Shown here one piece after another: positions 41,191-53,330 of a stretch of DNA of 64,000 nt; within the stretch, counting starts at the first letter, position 1; each line of letters starts with the position of its first letter. Source of the DNA: Fimbriosthenelais zetlandica (taxonomy: Eukaryota); contig OZ365111.1 of assembly GCA_977030845.1 (NCBI GenBank), forward strand, positions 15,562,001 to 15,626,000. Direction: 5' to 3'. The notes under the pieces are model-generated. The model was not told where the DNA came from. It made no database searches and worked only from the letters and a program-made list of their open reading frames with translations. Both the position numbers and the translations under genes were made by a program.

Positions 41191-44100
41191 GTCTCCTTGT
41201 CCTCTCGATCTAATAGCATGATGAGTTCACAATGTTGAGCGTGAGGGAACATATCCACAGCCACACAGCGAGTCAAGAGGAAGGGCTTTCCTTTGATTCT
41301 ATTCGACTCGGTCCGTGTGAAGCTTAAAATAAGAGATTTTTAAAAAATTAATGATATTAAGAAATAGTTATAACAAAGTCAGTGTATAGCCTTAAACCTG
41401 AATTGGTCACGTCAGACTAAAAAAGAAATGTCAAGTTAAAGCGAACATAACTGATATCATTGTACATTTATCCTAGCCTATATAAAGGACTATCCTACTT
41501 ACTCCACTATGTTTTGGAGTGCACCATTTGGATTACAGGACACATAGACAACGCGTTTGATGGCCAAACACTTCCTTATTGCTTTAACAACATCCGGATC
41601 TGGAATACATAAAATAGGTTTTAACCGACGAAGAATTGTCGCGGGAAATATAGCATAGAAATATCCATTAAACTGTTTTATTAAACAGATAAAGGACTTA
41701 CGTAATCCTCCCCTTGGTGGATCTACCACTGCTACAGCTGGGGCTCCATACAGCCCACGGACAAAACCAGGCATGAATTGTTCAGCCTTAGAACAGACAA
41801 ACTCTGTGTTGGTGAGACCTGCAGAAGAGGAATTGATGGTTAAAAATGGATAAATTTTTTTGGATTATTTTGGGGGTTTCTTTCGCATAGATATATGAAG
41901 AAAGAAGGTTGTACAGTTTACACATACCGTTTAGTGTTGCGTTATATTTTGCATCTTCCACGGCCTCCGCACAAAGTTCTACACCGACGACTCTTTGAAC
42001 TCTCTGTTAAATATGCAATTTACAACATCAGTATAATAACGTATAATTTTTGTTTACTACAGTAAGAATCCTAAATATGCTTCTGGTATGAATAATTGGC
42101 CTAATGTTTGCATTAGATCTGATTTTAAATAGTTGTCTAACGTTAAATGAATTCTACTTTACCTTGGCCATTGTAATACCGATAGTTCCTGTACCACAGC
42201 ACACATCTAATAGCACGGTCTTATCAGAGACGCAGCACCAGTCAGCAACGGTAGAATACAGCACCTCAGCTGCCTTTGTATTAACTACAATAAATCGAAA
42301 TAAAATGTATCCCTTTGTGAAGAAAATGACAATTCTAAACGGGAGATTCAAATGGTGTCCACATTAAATTGGTGCAGGATCAATCTTTGAAGGCATTGGG
42401 ATGTCTTACTTTGGAAAAAAGCACTAGGCGATATTCTAAACTTCAGATCCAATAAGTCCTCTTCGATATACTAAAATAGAAATATACACATTAAGTAATC
42501 TTCATAAATCAAGGCACACCGAAATAATTTCCAGGTTAATTTTCTAAATTTCCAAGAAGACGAACCTGATCGCCAAAGAGATGTTCGTCCTTAGTTGGAT
42601 CCGCAATCCTGATGAGGGAAATTAATAGCAAGATATGAGTCACAATCTGTTAAAAAATATTTAAAAGTTCGAAATGCACATAAATTAAAGGTGATGAGAT
42701 ATTAAATTAATATTAAAATACCTATCAGTACGGACTGTAAAGTACATGGAAGTGATTCCACACTTGGATCCATCTCCTGTTTCAAAATAAGCTTTTACTT
42801 TCTCCCTTTCAGCGTTTACCTCCACCTAAACCAAACAAATCAAAAATATAAATGAATGGAGAGAGTAAATTGTGTCAGAAATTGCTACTTCACTGTTCCA
42901 TCTAAAGTTTCTCGAGTTTTCAAGAATATAAGTGTATGTCATGTATGTGTATACCAAAATGATAGGCAACACCTATAATAATCCATGGGCTTTAGTTTAT
43001 ACGATGCATTCAAAGCTAGATAAGGAAGGGATGGAAGGGTGATAGCATACCTCAGTCAATTTGTGAGGATGAAAGACTAGTAGAAGCATTATGTCACCCC
43101 TACAGTTTGTTCTTACAGACGCCTGGCGCCAATTACCAGATTTGTCTTCTGGCACGTAGCCTGGATAGATGGAATGCTCCTGGATATATGTCTGTACAAC
43201 CTAATAGAGACAGGTTATGGTAAAATTAAAACGATTATCAACGACGATTAGAAAATCCATATCATTTAGAAAAATTATATAATGAAAATTAGGAATGCTA
43301 CTATAGAAAATATAGGTCTAGTCGCTAATTGGAAAGATCTGACATGCACATTATAAATGCGGCTATTATTATTTTCGTAAATGTACGTGAATATATCTCA
43401 AAATCACTAGCTTTATTTCTTCCACAAGTAACATCGGGGTAGGATAACCCACCTTAGTTAGTTTTTTCATGGCATCTGGCACATGGACGCACTCGTCTAC
43501 TTCCAGAACACTAGTGATACCCTTACTATACCGGCCAAAACGGAAGCCAACCGTCTTCTCTGAAATGCAAAATGAATGGGGATTAACTCAAAACGTGATA
43601 TGAAATTTGGATAAATTTAATTTTGATATTGTTATATGAAACCCACCTTTTCCATCTGGAGAGGAACCGATTGTGAATTCACATTTATTTCTGTAGTTAT
43701 TTTGCTCAGGCTGTAAGATAAATGTTTGGCATTTAATATGAAGAAATATTATACAAGAAAATTGGGTCTAAATGGGGTTTTACTTAGTACATTATGATAC
43801 CCATAGACATTATAATATACTGTATATAAAATAGATTTAAAAGATACTCACCGAAGGTTTAATTGGATCCATTGGGCAACACATTCCCTGGTTCTGACGC
43901 CTTTGAAATTAAATAATAAAATTGTCATGAAATAAGCTATTGTCGCTTAGTTTAGAAAACCCAAAAATATATTTTAAAACATTACGTATATGCACTGTAT
44001 TTATGAAAAGAACTAAACTGGGTCCGAAGTATTATGGATATACAAGGAACACTTACTTCTGGTTGATTATGTGTTGTTTCAAGGTGTTATTGTTCTTCTC

Positions 44101-45685
44101 TATTTCCCGACCAAGTTTTTTAATGTAGGCTCGTATTTCTATTTCTTTAGACTGAAAGATTAAAATGATATCTACAGAGACCAGACAAAAGGAAGCATTA
44201 TAATTGAATAATTACCTGTATAGTAAACATGATTTCAATTGTAGCCTTCTTCATGAAAGGGAATCTTGGTCATTCTAATGGGCAGTGTGGGTGTAGGGGA
44301 AGAACTCATACCCTAAAATTTTACAATAATTTCAATCTCTACTTCTAAATAAATATAATTTACCTCAAGTTGATTGGAATACGGCTGTTTATAGAGAGGC
44401 GTGACAGCCAGGTTCAATCTGGATGAAGAAAAAAGTGATCAATTAGATTCTTTGAACCCCTAAAAATAATTTTGTGCAAAATAGCAGTAATATTTATGAG
44501 AGAATATGAGTTGGCTTAAAATACCTCTCGGCGGGAGGGATGTTTGGATCTTCTTCTTTAGCCGCTTTATTCTTGTGCTGGTTTCCATCTTCTGTTAAAT
44601 AATAAAATCCTGGTTATATTTTTATTTTTAAAAACCCACTGAAAGATTATGTCATATTGTGAGTTGTAGATCTACTGCTATCTGTCCAAACCACGAGATT
44701 ATTGACCTTTCAGAACAAGAAAGAAAAGTAGGACAACTGACCGGCTTCATATTTCCTCTTGCGAAATAGCGGATCAGCAGCGGGCAGGGCTTTCTGTAAA
44801 ATACAGAGGATCAAACTGATTTTAGTAAAGACAACCAATAGTTCTACGTAGGTAATTTTTACAAAAATTACAATTCTGTGATGAATGGTATAGATATGGG
44901 AGGTAAATGTGATGCTACTATAATGTACCTTAGCCTTCCATGTTTTGCCTTTCCACACGTGTCCATTGCATTTCTCAAGGGCCGCATCACGATCCTCATC
45001 ACACCTGAAATAAAACAGATGAATTAAAAGTGCAAAATTTGGAAAGGTAGATATGTGTATTAGATGCTCCTGTTTAAATTAATAAAAAATTAAGTGAGAC
45101 TTTTTTATGTTTACCTGAACGTCACAAAAGCACATCCTTTCTGGCCAACCATTTTCACCTTTACGGGTTTGAGCTCCAACGACAGTATTCGCTTCTTTAA
45201 TTGCTAAATAAGAAAAGGTATACATGCTGAGCATAGACAAATATTTTACATCTTACAATGATATTAAACATCTGATAAGACTTATAAGTCGAACTAAGAT
45301 ACCATTTTTTAGCTGATTTTAATTAGGAACTGCGGTACAATATCACACTTACCCCGAATCCAACGAAATTAGGCAAGTTAAATATTTCAATTTTGAAAAT
45401 CTCTGATGTAAATTGCCCATCTTTTGTATAAGCGTACATATCAATATCTGGATCACGATTGGATGCTGCTGCATTAGGGGCATCTTCAGGGCTTTTGCTT
45501 TCCTCTAGTTCCATTTTTGTCTCACTCTGGTCTTCTGATTTGACGGAGGGGTTGGGGTCCGAAAGCACCTTGGCAGATGAATCTTCACCATGGGTTGTTT
45601 TCTCCACTGCCATTGGTGTGTCCTGATCCGTGATTTCAGTCTCCATTTTGGGTTGCTCAGGCTCGGTGGCAGTGGTATCTGACAT
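41109..45685 (-). CDS. TRMT2A: tRNA (uracil-5)-methyltransferase homolog A, 656 aa as written
   Basis: 19 exons: 45685-45353, 45203-45115, 45004-44929, 44793-44742, 44591-44525, 44418-44364, 44151-44057, 43900-43852, 43710-43647, 43559-43453, 43200-43051, 42825-42722, 42608-42566, 42470-42410, 42284-42163, 42003-41928, 41818-41702, 41599-41503, 41322-41109; total 1971 nt. RRM (FTSEIFKIEIFNLP), YRNKCEF, FRISPSAFFQ, LLDVCCGTGTIG, DPPR, YVSCNP (catalytic Cys), DMFPHAQHCEL. Confidence 0.95.
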
Positions 45686-46212
45686 GATGATATCAATGGG
45701 TCAATGAAAAAAGATCGACCCTTTACCAAAATATCAACAGACAACACAAGTTGGAAGCATTAAACTTTAGTTTTATACAGATTTCAAATAATATGGAGTT
45801 AATCAATAGGTGTACAATTACACCTACGTAGGTCATGCATTGCCACAGCTTTACAGTTTCACATATAAGTTTATAAGTTCTTAACTGCGAAGAAATTTAG
45901 TATTTACCGTAACTTTTTACTGCTCGCACGCCGCAATGATGGAGGCAGACATATTGAATTACCGCCAGTCGGTTATAAATCACGACATAAATCTTATGAA
46001 ATATTTCTTTATTTTAAGGAATCTTAGAGTGAGAAACATAATTTAAGATAAATATAAAAGCAGTAATGTTACTGTTTAAGTGTTTTTTGGCCTTTTAATG
46101 TATTTTGTATCCATATGCCGTAAGTGAGTTCTGTGACCCAACGTCTTGGTATTTCAGCGGGAAACGTACGCCTTTCGCCACAATTAGAAATCTGTAATCA
46201 TCTGTTCACACA
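45686..46212. promoter_or_regulatory. Bidirectional promoter of TRMT2A and RANBP1 with E2F-type sites
   Basis: 527 bp between divergent ATGs. GCGGGAAA (reverse complement TTTCCCGC) at 46157-46164; TTTCGCCA at 46173-46180. Confidence 0.7.
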
Positions 46213-48758
46213 ATGGCCGATGAAAAGGTATTTCTTTACAAATCTTCAGAGTATTATCGTAAATGAAATTTTGGAATGGTTTATAGATGTACCATTGCAT
46301 CTTTGACATCGAACTGCGTTTGTTTTTCTTTGTTCATTCATTCACCCTATCTTCGCCCATCCCGTCTTTCAAAACAAATTTGACAGATAGGAATGCTTGC
46401 TCGCCAGCAACACTCTTTGATAAAGGAAATGAAATCTGGGATCAGTACTAAATGTAATCATCTGTTTGGGCTGAATCTCGTGGCTGTCAGGCTTTATATC
46501 TCAATATTTAGCCTAATTTTGCAATGGTTACTTGAGTCTTGACCTGTGTTTTAGGCCTTGGCCAGCCTTTTCTTGCCACTGACACTCGTATTGCCGGAAT
46601 TCAAGCACTTTCTCCCTCAGACAGCTGTGAGTTTAAAAAAATGATGAAATGAAATAATCATTGTCCATCGATCTTTTTTGCGGGGTGATAACTCTACTAG
46701 TATGATTTTTTTCATTAGGCTTATGCCCTAGTAATATCGCCCTATGCCATGGTAGTCAATATGCTATGGCCTAGCCCTAGGCCTATGCAGTGCCAATGGG
46801 TAGCCCTTGTCATAGATAAATCTGATAATGATCTATGGCATAGTCTTCAATTAATTCAATAATTCTACCAATTGAGAGGTCAGAGGTGTGTCATATAATT
46901 GAATATAATCCTACCTGAGTTACTGAGTAAGAACATTATAGAACTGATAGGAGCTGGAAGATATTCGAGGTAAAATTGTAATTTATAAATAACTATAGGC
47001 CTAAATGTGTATTGTATATAATTTGATTGACTTCTGTGTAAGCCCTACATGTATGTTATCAAAAATGTCTAGATATCGGTGCATGTACTTGAATAACTTG
47101 ATTTAACTTCGCAGCCTAAGATTAATGTTGATTATATGTTTAAAGGGTTTTATACTAAATTATTTTAATCATTTCCCCGAAGGAGGAAGTAGTAGAAAGT
47201 CCGGACGTCTATTTTGCGCCGTTAGTGGATCTTCCCATCGTAAAAGTTGACTCGTTAGAAGAGGATGAAGAGTGTCTGATCAAATTGTGAGTAGAAATAT
47301 ATTTTACCCAAGTAATGTAAAAGTCAAGATTTTAAAAATTCCTTCCCCCATGAGTTGATTAAATAAGGTTTAATATTTAATTAATTTATTATAACATTGT
47401 ATTTATGGTTTCTTTTTGTTTCAGGCGTGCCCGCTTATACCGGTATGACAGCACAGCAGATCCTCCAGAGTGGAAAGAGAGGGGGACAGGAGACGTGAAA
47501 ATTCTCAAACACAAGGAAAGAAAAACATGTCGCCTTCTCATGAGGAGAGAAAAAACATTAAAAATCTGTGGAAATCATTACAGTAAGTTCCTTAAAATTG
47601 GGCTTAATTATCCTATCGAGCCTTGTAAATCTATTTCCTCGATTTTATTAGAACTGAAATTAATTATTAATAATGAAAAGATTGCTGAGATATATGCCAT
47701 TTCGTTTACAAAATTTGTATGGATTTTAGGAATTATTCCAACAGTTGTACAGTTAAATATTTTGATAAAAATGTGATTTCCCTATGAGAAATTATATTTT
47801 TTGTAAATCATTCTATCATATTTTCTGTTTTCATATCTCTGAGATATCTTTCCGTTTATAAAATATTTCAGTATTGCCTACAATGGTGCTGAAGCCTAAC
47901 TGTGGTAGTGACAAAGCTTGGGTTTGGAGTACACCGGCAGATTTTGCTGATGAGGAGGCCCGACCTGAATTGTTAGCCATCCGCTTTGGTAACGCAGAAA
48001 GTAAGTGATAATTAAGTTGGATGTTGAAAGAAATAGACTCTTTCTGCTAATTAAAACTCAAAATCCCAGTTCGAAGGTTTATGTGAGCAGAAAAATTAGG
48101 AACATTTTGTTCTGGAAAATTTATTTTTATCCTTATTGCGAATTATACAACATTCGCAACTGACTTATGGATCAGAAAAAATCCTTTGCTGCCAATGTGT
48201 GTTCATTTTTGTTTTTCAGATGCAACGAAATTTTTTGACAAGTTTGAAGAAGCAAAGAAACAAATGGAAGAATACATGAAAGACAAAACTAATAAGAAAG
48301 GTATTTACAGAATTTACATTTTAATATCAGTTATAATATATGATTATAATATGGGTCTATTCAGGTATTTCAATATATAATATTTAATTTTTGTCCGTCA
48401 GTAATTGTAAGTTATTTTAGAATACCTTCTAAAATTGTGGCATTTTAGGAGGTAGGTTTTTCTATGAGTGAACTTTTTTTATTGATTTTAAAATGTAATA
48501 AATTTGTTTAATACTTGCCCATTTATTTGAGAAAAAAAAAATGAATGTAACCTTTTGTTTGGGAATTGGATATATACATTTTGTTTTAATTCTGGACTGT
48601 GTTTCCTTTTTTCAGACGAGAAATCAGAGAAAGAAGAGAAGGAAGAAAAGGCAGACGGTACTGAAGATGTAGCTGAAAAACTTGGCTCCATGTCCGTCAA
48701 AGAAAAGAAGGAAGAGGAGCAAACTACAGACAGCAGTGAGAAGGAGGCGGAGAGGTAA
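46213..48758 (+). CDS. RANBP1: Ran-specific GTPase-activating protein RanBP1, 209 aa
   Basis: Exons 46213-46227 (MADEK), 47183-47286, 47425-47582, 47872-48000, 48220-48300, 48616-48758; total 630 nt. Motifs [47 protein letters not shown], acidic tail. The first-exon assignment is less certain than the rest. Confidence 0.93.
46555..46626 (+). other. Candidate in-frame cassette exon in RANBP1 intron 1 (72 nt)
   Basis: CTGTGTTTTAG acceptor, GCT|GTGAGT donor, phase 0-0, open frame [24 protein letters not shown]. Confidence 0.4.
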
Positions 48759-49204
48759 ACGAGTAGTCCACAACACCGTATTTTCAATTTGACAAAAAGG
48801 ATTTTCTTTTTCTTGCAACATTTGATTTTACCTTAGGGTTGTCCATGAAAGCTTATGGCAGGGAACATGTTAACTTATAATAGAAAAGTGAATTGAAGTG
48901 TAATCTTTCACGAGCCTGTCCATCTGGGTATTGCTTTGTATCAATCAACTATTCCCTTACATTTGTCTTGGTTATACTTCTGCTGTAGCTAGATAATATG
49001 ATAAGAACTGTACAGCCTGTTTATGTATATACTGTAAATTGCATTGGGAGGGTAGTATCGTCTGCCAGGCTTGGTTTCTCCCCTTCTCTCTGTTCAGTAT
49101 ACAATGGATGGTTTTATGCAGTCAAACAGCCTGCCCAATTATAACGTCATGACTATTTAATAGGGATGCAAGTTTTCAGGTAGTCTGAATTCAGATTTTC
49201 AGGA

Positions 49205-49292
49205 GAGCCGGCCAGACCGGGAATCTGAAAACATCCCAGCCGACCTGTCAGTGAGGTACGACCGTCTAACCTTCTCGGGTATAGGCGGTCTC
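49205..49292 (-). mobile_element. Highly decayed tRNA-derived (SINE-like) remnant
   Basis: Minus strand shows GGTTAGACGG... and a B-box-like TTCAGATTCCCGG. Weak. Confidence 0.25.
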
Positions 49293-50325
49293 TGATGCAT
49301 ATTTTCAGATATCTTTTTTTTCGCAATACATGTCTTGCATCCCTAACACTAAGAGTTGTGATAGTGGAGTTTCTGTTCGCATCTGTTGAGATTTCAGATG
49401 TTGGATATCCGTGACTGTTTATGAATGAGTGTAGCAGGAGATAAATGACTTTACCTCAGCTCTTTGATCCTGTATTTATATAACCCAATAATAGGAAAAC
49501 ACACCACACATTCATGGCAGCAAAATTATATCTTTCAGTCTGTTATCACATCACATTGGTTTCTGCATTTTGTCCATCATCAGGGATCATTTTGATATGA
49601 AAAGCAAAGTTTTTGGTGTTACATGCTTCGAAGAAATATTTAAATCAAGCAGCCTAGATAAATCTAGATATATTCCTTATCTGTAAAAATAGCAGCCGCT
49701 TTTCGTAGAAAGTACTATTTCATTTACAGTATAGCCACTCGACGGCTTGATTTACCCTTGTAATATTTGCTTATTTGATAAATTACATATTTGCAGTGTG
49801 TGAAGTTCTTTAAATCGGCACCTCTTTAATCATTTTTCGGTTGTCATTCTTTTATGAATTTAAACAGTTTGTCATATTCTCTCACCAATATTTTTCTTAT
49901 ACTATAAATTAATCCCCTCCTTATTTAGAAGTATATGCCAGTTTTATTGTCACGCACCAACTGCTTTCTCACATAACCTTGTTTTCACTTGCAATTATAC
50001 AATATATGCTCAGATTATGCTTTCAGCATAAATCTTTTCATTTTCATCACAAATCAATATTTATTTGCTTTGGAAACTTTGAGAAGTACAGCACGGACCA
50101 AAATATATAAAATCTCCACTGGTAAGTTGGCGTGCCGACACATTTTGTGATATGTCCATAGGATTTTTACCTTTTTAAATAATCACAACCTCAGCTGTTT
50201 TAATGTCTCTGATACAGTAATAAAAGTTGAAAATAAAAATCGTGTTTTTATTTTAATGACAAAAATATAATAAATTTGCCTGGAATTTTTAATAAGATAT
50301 AAACTGAGGTTCTTGGTTGTCGGTA

Positions 50326-51573
50326 TTATATCTTGGATGATTTTCGTAGATCAGAATTAAGAATGCGCCCCCACACAGCATTGTAAGGATGACAGAACGC
50401 TGTGAATGTTCCTTCTTCATCCACCATTGGACGACCTTCATTGGCCCACTTGAAAATGCTGCCTTCTAGATTATAAATTTTGGGAATTTCTGGAATAAGA
50501 TGGGTTAACATGAAGTTTACAGGCGAGATGTAGAAATGAATATAATGTATCGAATTTTCAGTTTAGTTGTAAGGGAGAAAAAAATTAACAAATACGGAAT
50601 TTAATATGGATGTGTAAAGTACCTTCTGATTGGTCAACTTTGAACTGCTTATAGAGTTGTGAGGCATATTTTGAAGATCTATATCCCAAAGAACAATAGC
50701 AGACCACAGTTGATGCTTGTTTCTCTGAAATGAGATTTAAAAAAATAACCAATAATATCTCCTATCTTGTCTCCCTCTAGCGCTCTGCCCTGTAAATACA
50801 ACTGACTACGTATGTAATGTAGAAACCAAATATATATCTGACTTAATGATAAATTGAATCTATAATTTATGAATGCTCACCTTTAATTAATTGTGAAGTT
50901 TGTGCAATATCATCACAATTAGGATCGACCCTGACTGCACCATCCAAATGGCTGATTTCATATTCTTCAGCAGGTCGGGTGTCCTGTTTCCAAAGAAAAT
51001 AAACAATTGTTAAAAGGAATTCGGTTAAGTAAATAGAAAATGAAACTTATGTAGGCTTTATTTGCTTCCAAACTGACCTCACCCCTTTAAATATTTTACC
51101 ATACGGGATAATATTTTAACGCAATGCTTTACCCACCCCCTCCACACATTGTGAACAACCCATAATTAGAACGAAAAAGGTAAAATTCAAACATGTTTTT
51201 TTTCCATTTTTCTTTTCAATGTTATTTTTAAAAAAAATAATTCGCACTGTAACTGTAAAAACTGTTGAAAAGAAATAAATGCACGTCCTCTATGAGGGGT
51301 GGAAAGATAAAAAAAGAACAGAACCAAAACAGGGTCATTCCGAAAGATAGAGTGTTCATGATTGTCTAATTTTACCAGAATAATGAGGTTGTCAGCGCGG
51401 GAACTTGTAGTTCCGGTATCGGTCGTTGGAGTCGCCTGTGCACATTTTACCACCAAGTTATGGAGGTCGGCGGTGGACATGTTCCTCACGTTTGGCCATT
51501 TCATCTTCATGGAGGCGATTGCAGTTTTCATGGACCATGATTGGTCTTCTTTATGTTCCGTTGGGGAAGCCAT
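50326..51573 (-). CDS. Single-domain rhodanese-like sulfurtransferase, 188 aa
   Basis: Exons 51573-51376, 50983-50881, 50724-50623, 50489-50326; total 567 nt. Motifs LDTRPAEEYEISHLDGA, active-site loop VCYCSLGYRSS, YNLEGSIFKWANEGRP, HPYNAVWGRIL. Confidence 0.88.
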
Positions 51574-51910
51574 CCTCCCCCGTTATACACTTTGAAGCCA
51601 AATTCTTAGAGATTTGTTTGTCTTTGAGTTACACTGTCGTCTGGTCGACCTATGGAACGCCACCGGAAGTTCATACGATGGTGCACCGAGCGGTGAGATT
51701 ATGAAACTCCCTTCCCGCTCTTATTATGCTAGTCTGCTCTTTCTAAATTTAAATCAATATCTGTCTCTCAGGTAAAAATCTAGTCAAATAAAAGATGTTT
51801 TGTTACGTGCACTCCTTGACGCGTTAGCCTCTTTCTGCTATACCGTTCCGTACTTATAATGCAATATGACGTCAAATTAATTCGAGGACCATGTTGAATA
51901 TCCGGAAGTA
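51574..51910. promoter_or_regulatory. Rhodanese gene promoter
   Basis: ETS-type CCGGAAGT at 51663-51670 and 51902-51909; perfect CRE TGACGTCA at 51867-51874. Confidence 0.55.
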
Positions 51911-53330
51911 TAATTTAAAGGGCAAATGTGACTAGTATCATATAGGCCTAGGGTTGTACGGACAGAAAAACTTGAATTATTGATCCTGAAATATATATTT
52001 TTTTTTAAATGAAATATTTATCAAGTTATATCAACCAGCGGAGTCATCCAATCAGATCATTTGTGACGCAAGCTGACCCTTCCTGATCTCTGAGCAGCAT
52101 GAATTGCATATTACGGACTACAATGCTATCATTTTGGGCCACAAACAAGAGGGAATAATTTACTCTGATAGTGAAAGTGGGGAAGAGAATGTTGTTTCAA
52201 CAGCTTTTTATCATTGGGCGTTTGTCGTATGTAGCGGGAAAGATTTTCTATGTGTTAAGCGATCGTTTCCTTGCCTTCGAGGCCCCTTATGTTGTGCATA
52301 ATAGAAATACAGATGGCTACTCTGAGGCCTAAAACACGTGTCTGGCTCATTCAACTCTAAGGCTAACAACCTTGTTTCTCACCATATTACAACAAATTGA
52401 ATAACAGCAACGGAGAGTATCTGGCCTATATTAAACAGAGGGTTCCAGTGGCAGTGTGACAAACGGTAGGTCCATTGTTTTCTTTCTCTCTCTACTCTCT
52501 GTTTGGGGTGGCCTCAAGCATGCAGGGGACTCCCTAAGGCTAATCCCATAGTCATAGACGTATGTCTATGCTAATCCGAATGACGAATGATATGCTGTCA
52601 TTCCACCAATGACCGTGTCATTCCAGGTGTCATTCCGTTTATAGTATTGTCATTCTCTCAGGGGGTCAAGATGGGTGCCACCATGAATGGTGATGATTTG
52701 TAGGCCTATAGCTTTTGACAATGTGAAAATGGATTTTTCTTTCACAAAGGATCAATTGATGCAATTTTTTGGGTAGTGGACAGTGCACCCTACATGATAC
52801 TAGTCATTATTTTCCATTAACAGATATGCCTACATGTATGTATTTCAATTTTATTGTTAGGCCTACTCGTTTGATGTGTATATGCATACATCGTTGTATA
52901 ATACTTATGCTGATATTCATAAATTCATCAAATTAAAGAGGGGACAAAATTCATAGCAGTGATAGCACAGTCTAAACACCATATAAGTTTCATAACAATA
53001 ACACATTTAGCGTGAATAATGTTTACCATCAATGATGTGAATTTACCTCAAACTAAACCCAAAGAATTTACAATTATTCTGATATATTACATAGGCCTAT
53101 ACATACAAAATGTACATTCTTAGGCTATCTATAAATGCATGAACCAAATAGCCTAAGTGTCTAAATAGGCCCCTATCTAACCGGCACAACACAGTAACAT
53201 GGTACGAACACATTAATTAACATGTAGGCTTCTGATATGTCAATTCTATTTGAAAAATATTTGACACAATATCGTTTGGGATTACGCCCATTCATGGGTC
53301 TGTGATATTGTCATTATTGTGTCCGAGGTC

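Noticed and set aside
40662-41213. 183-aa and 89-aa plus-strand ORFs (FSSSW and LLLLAHFF repeats)
   Set aside because: Antisense readings of the TRMT2A minisatellite.
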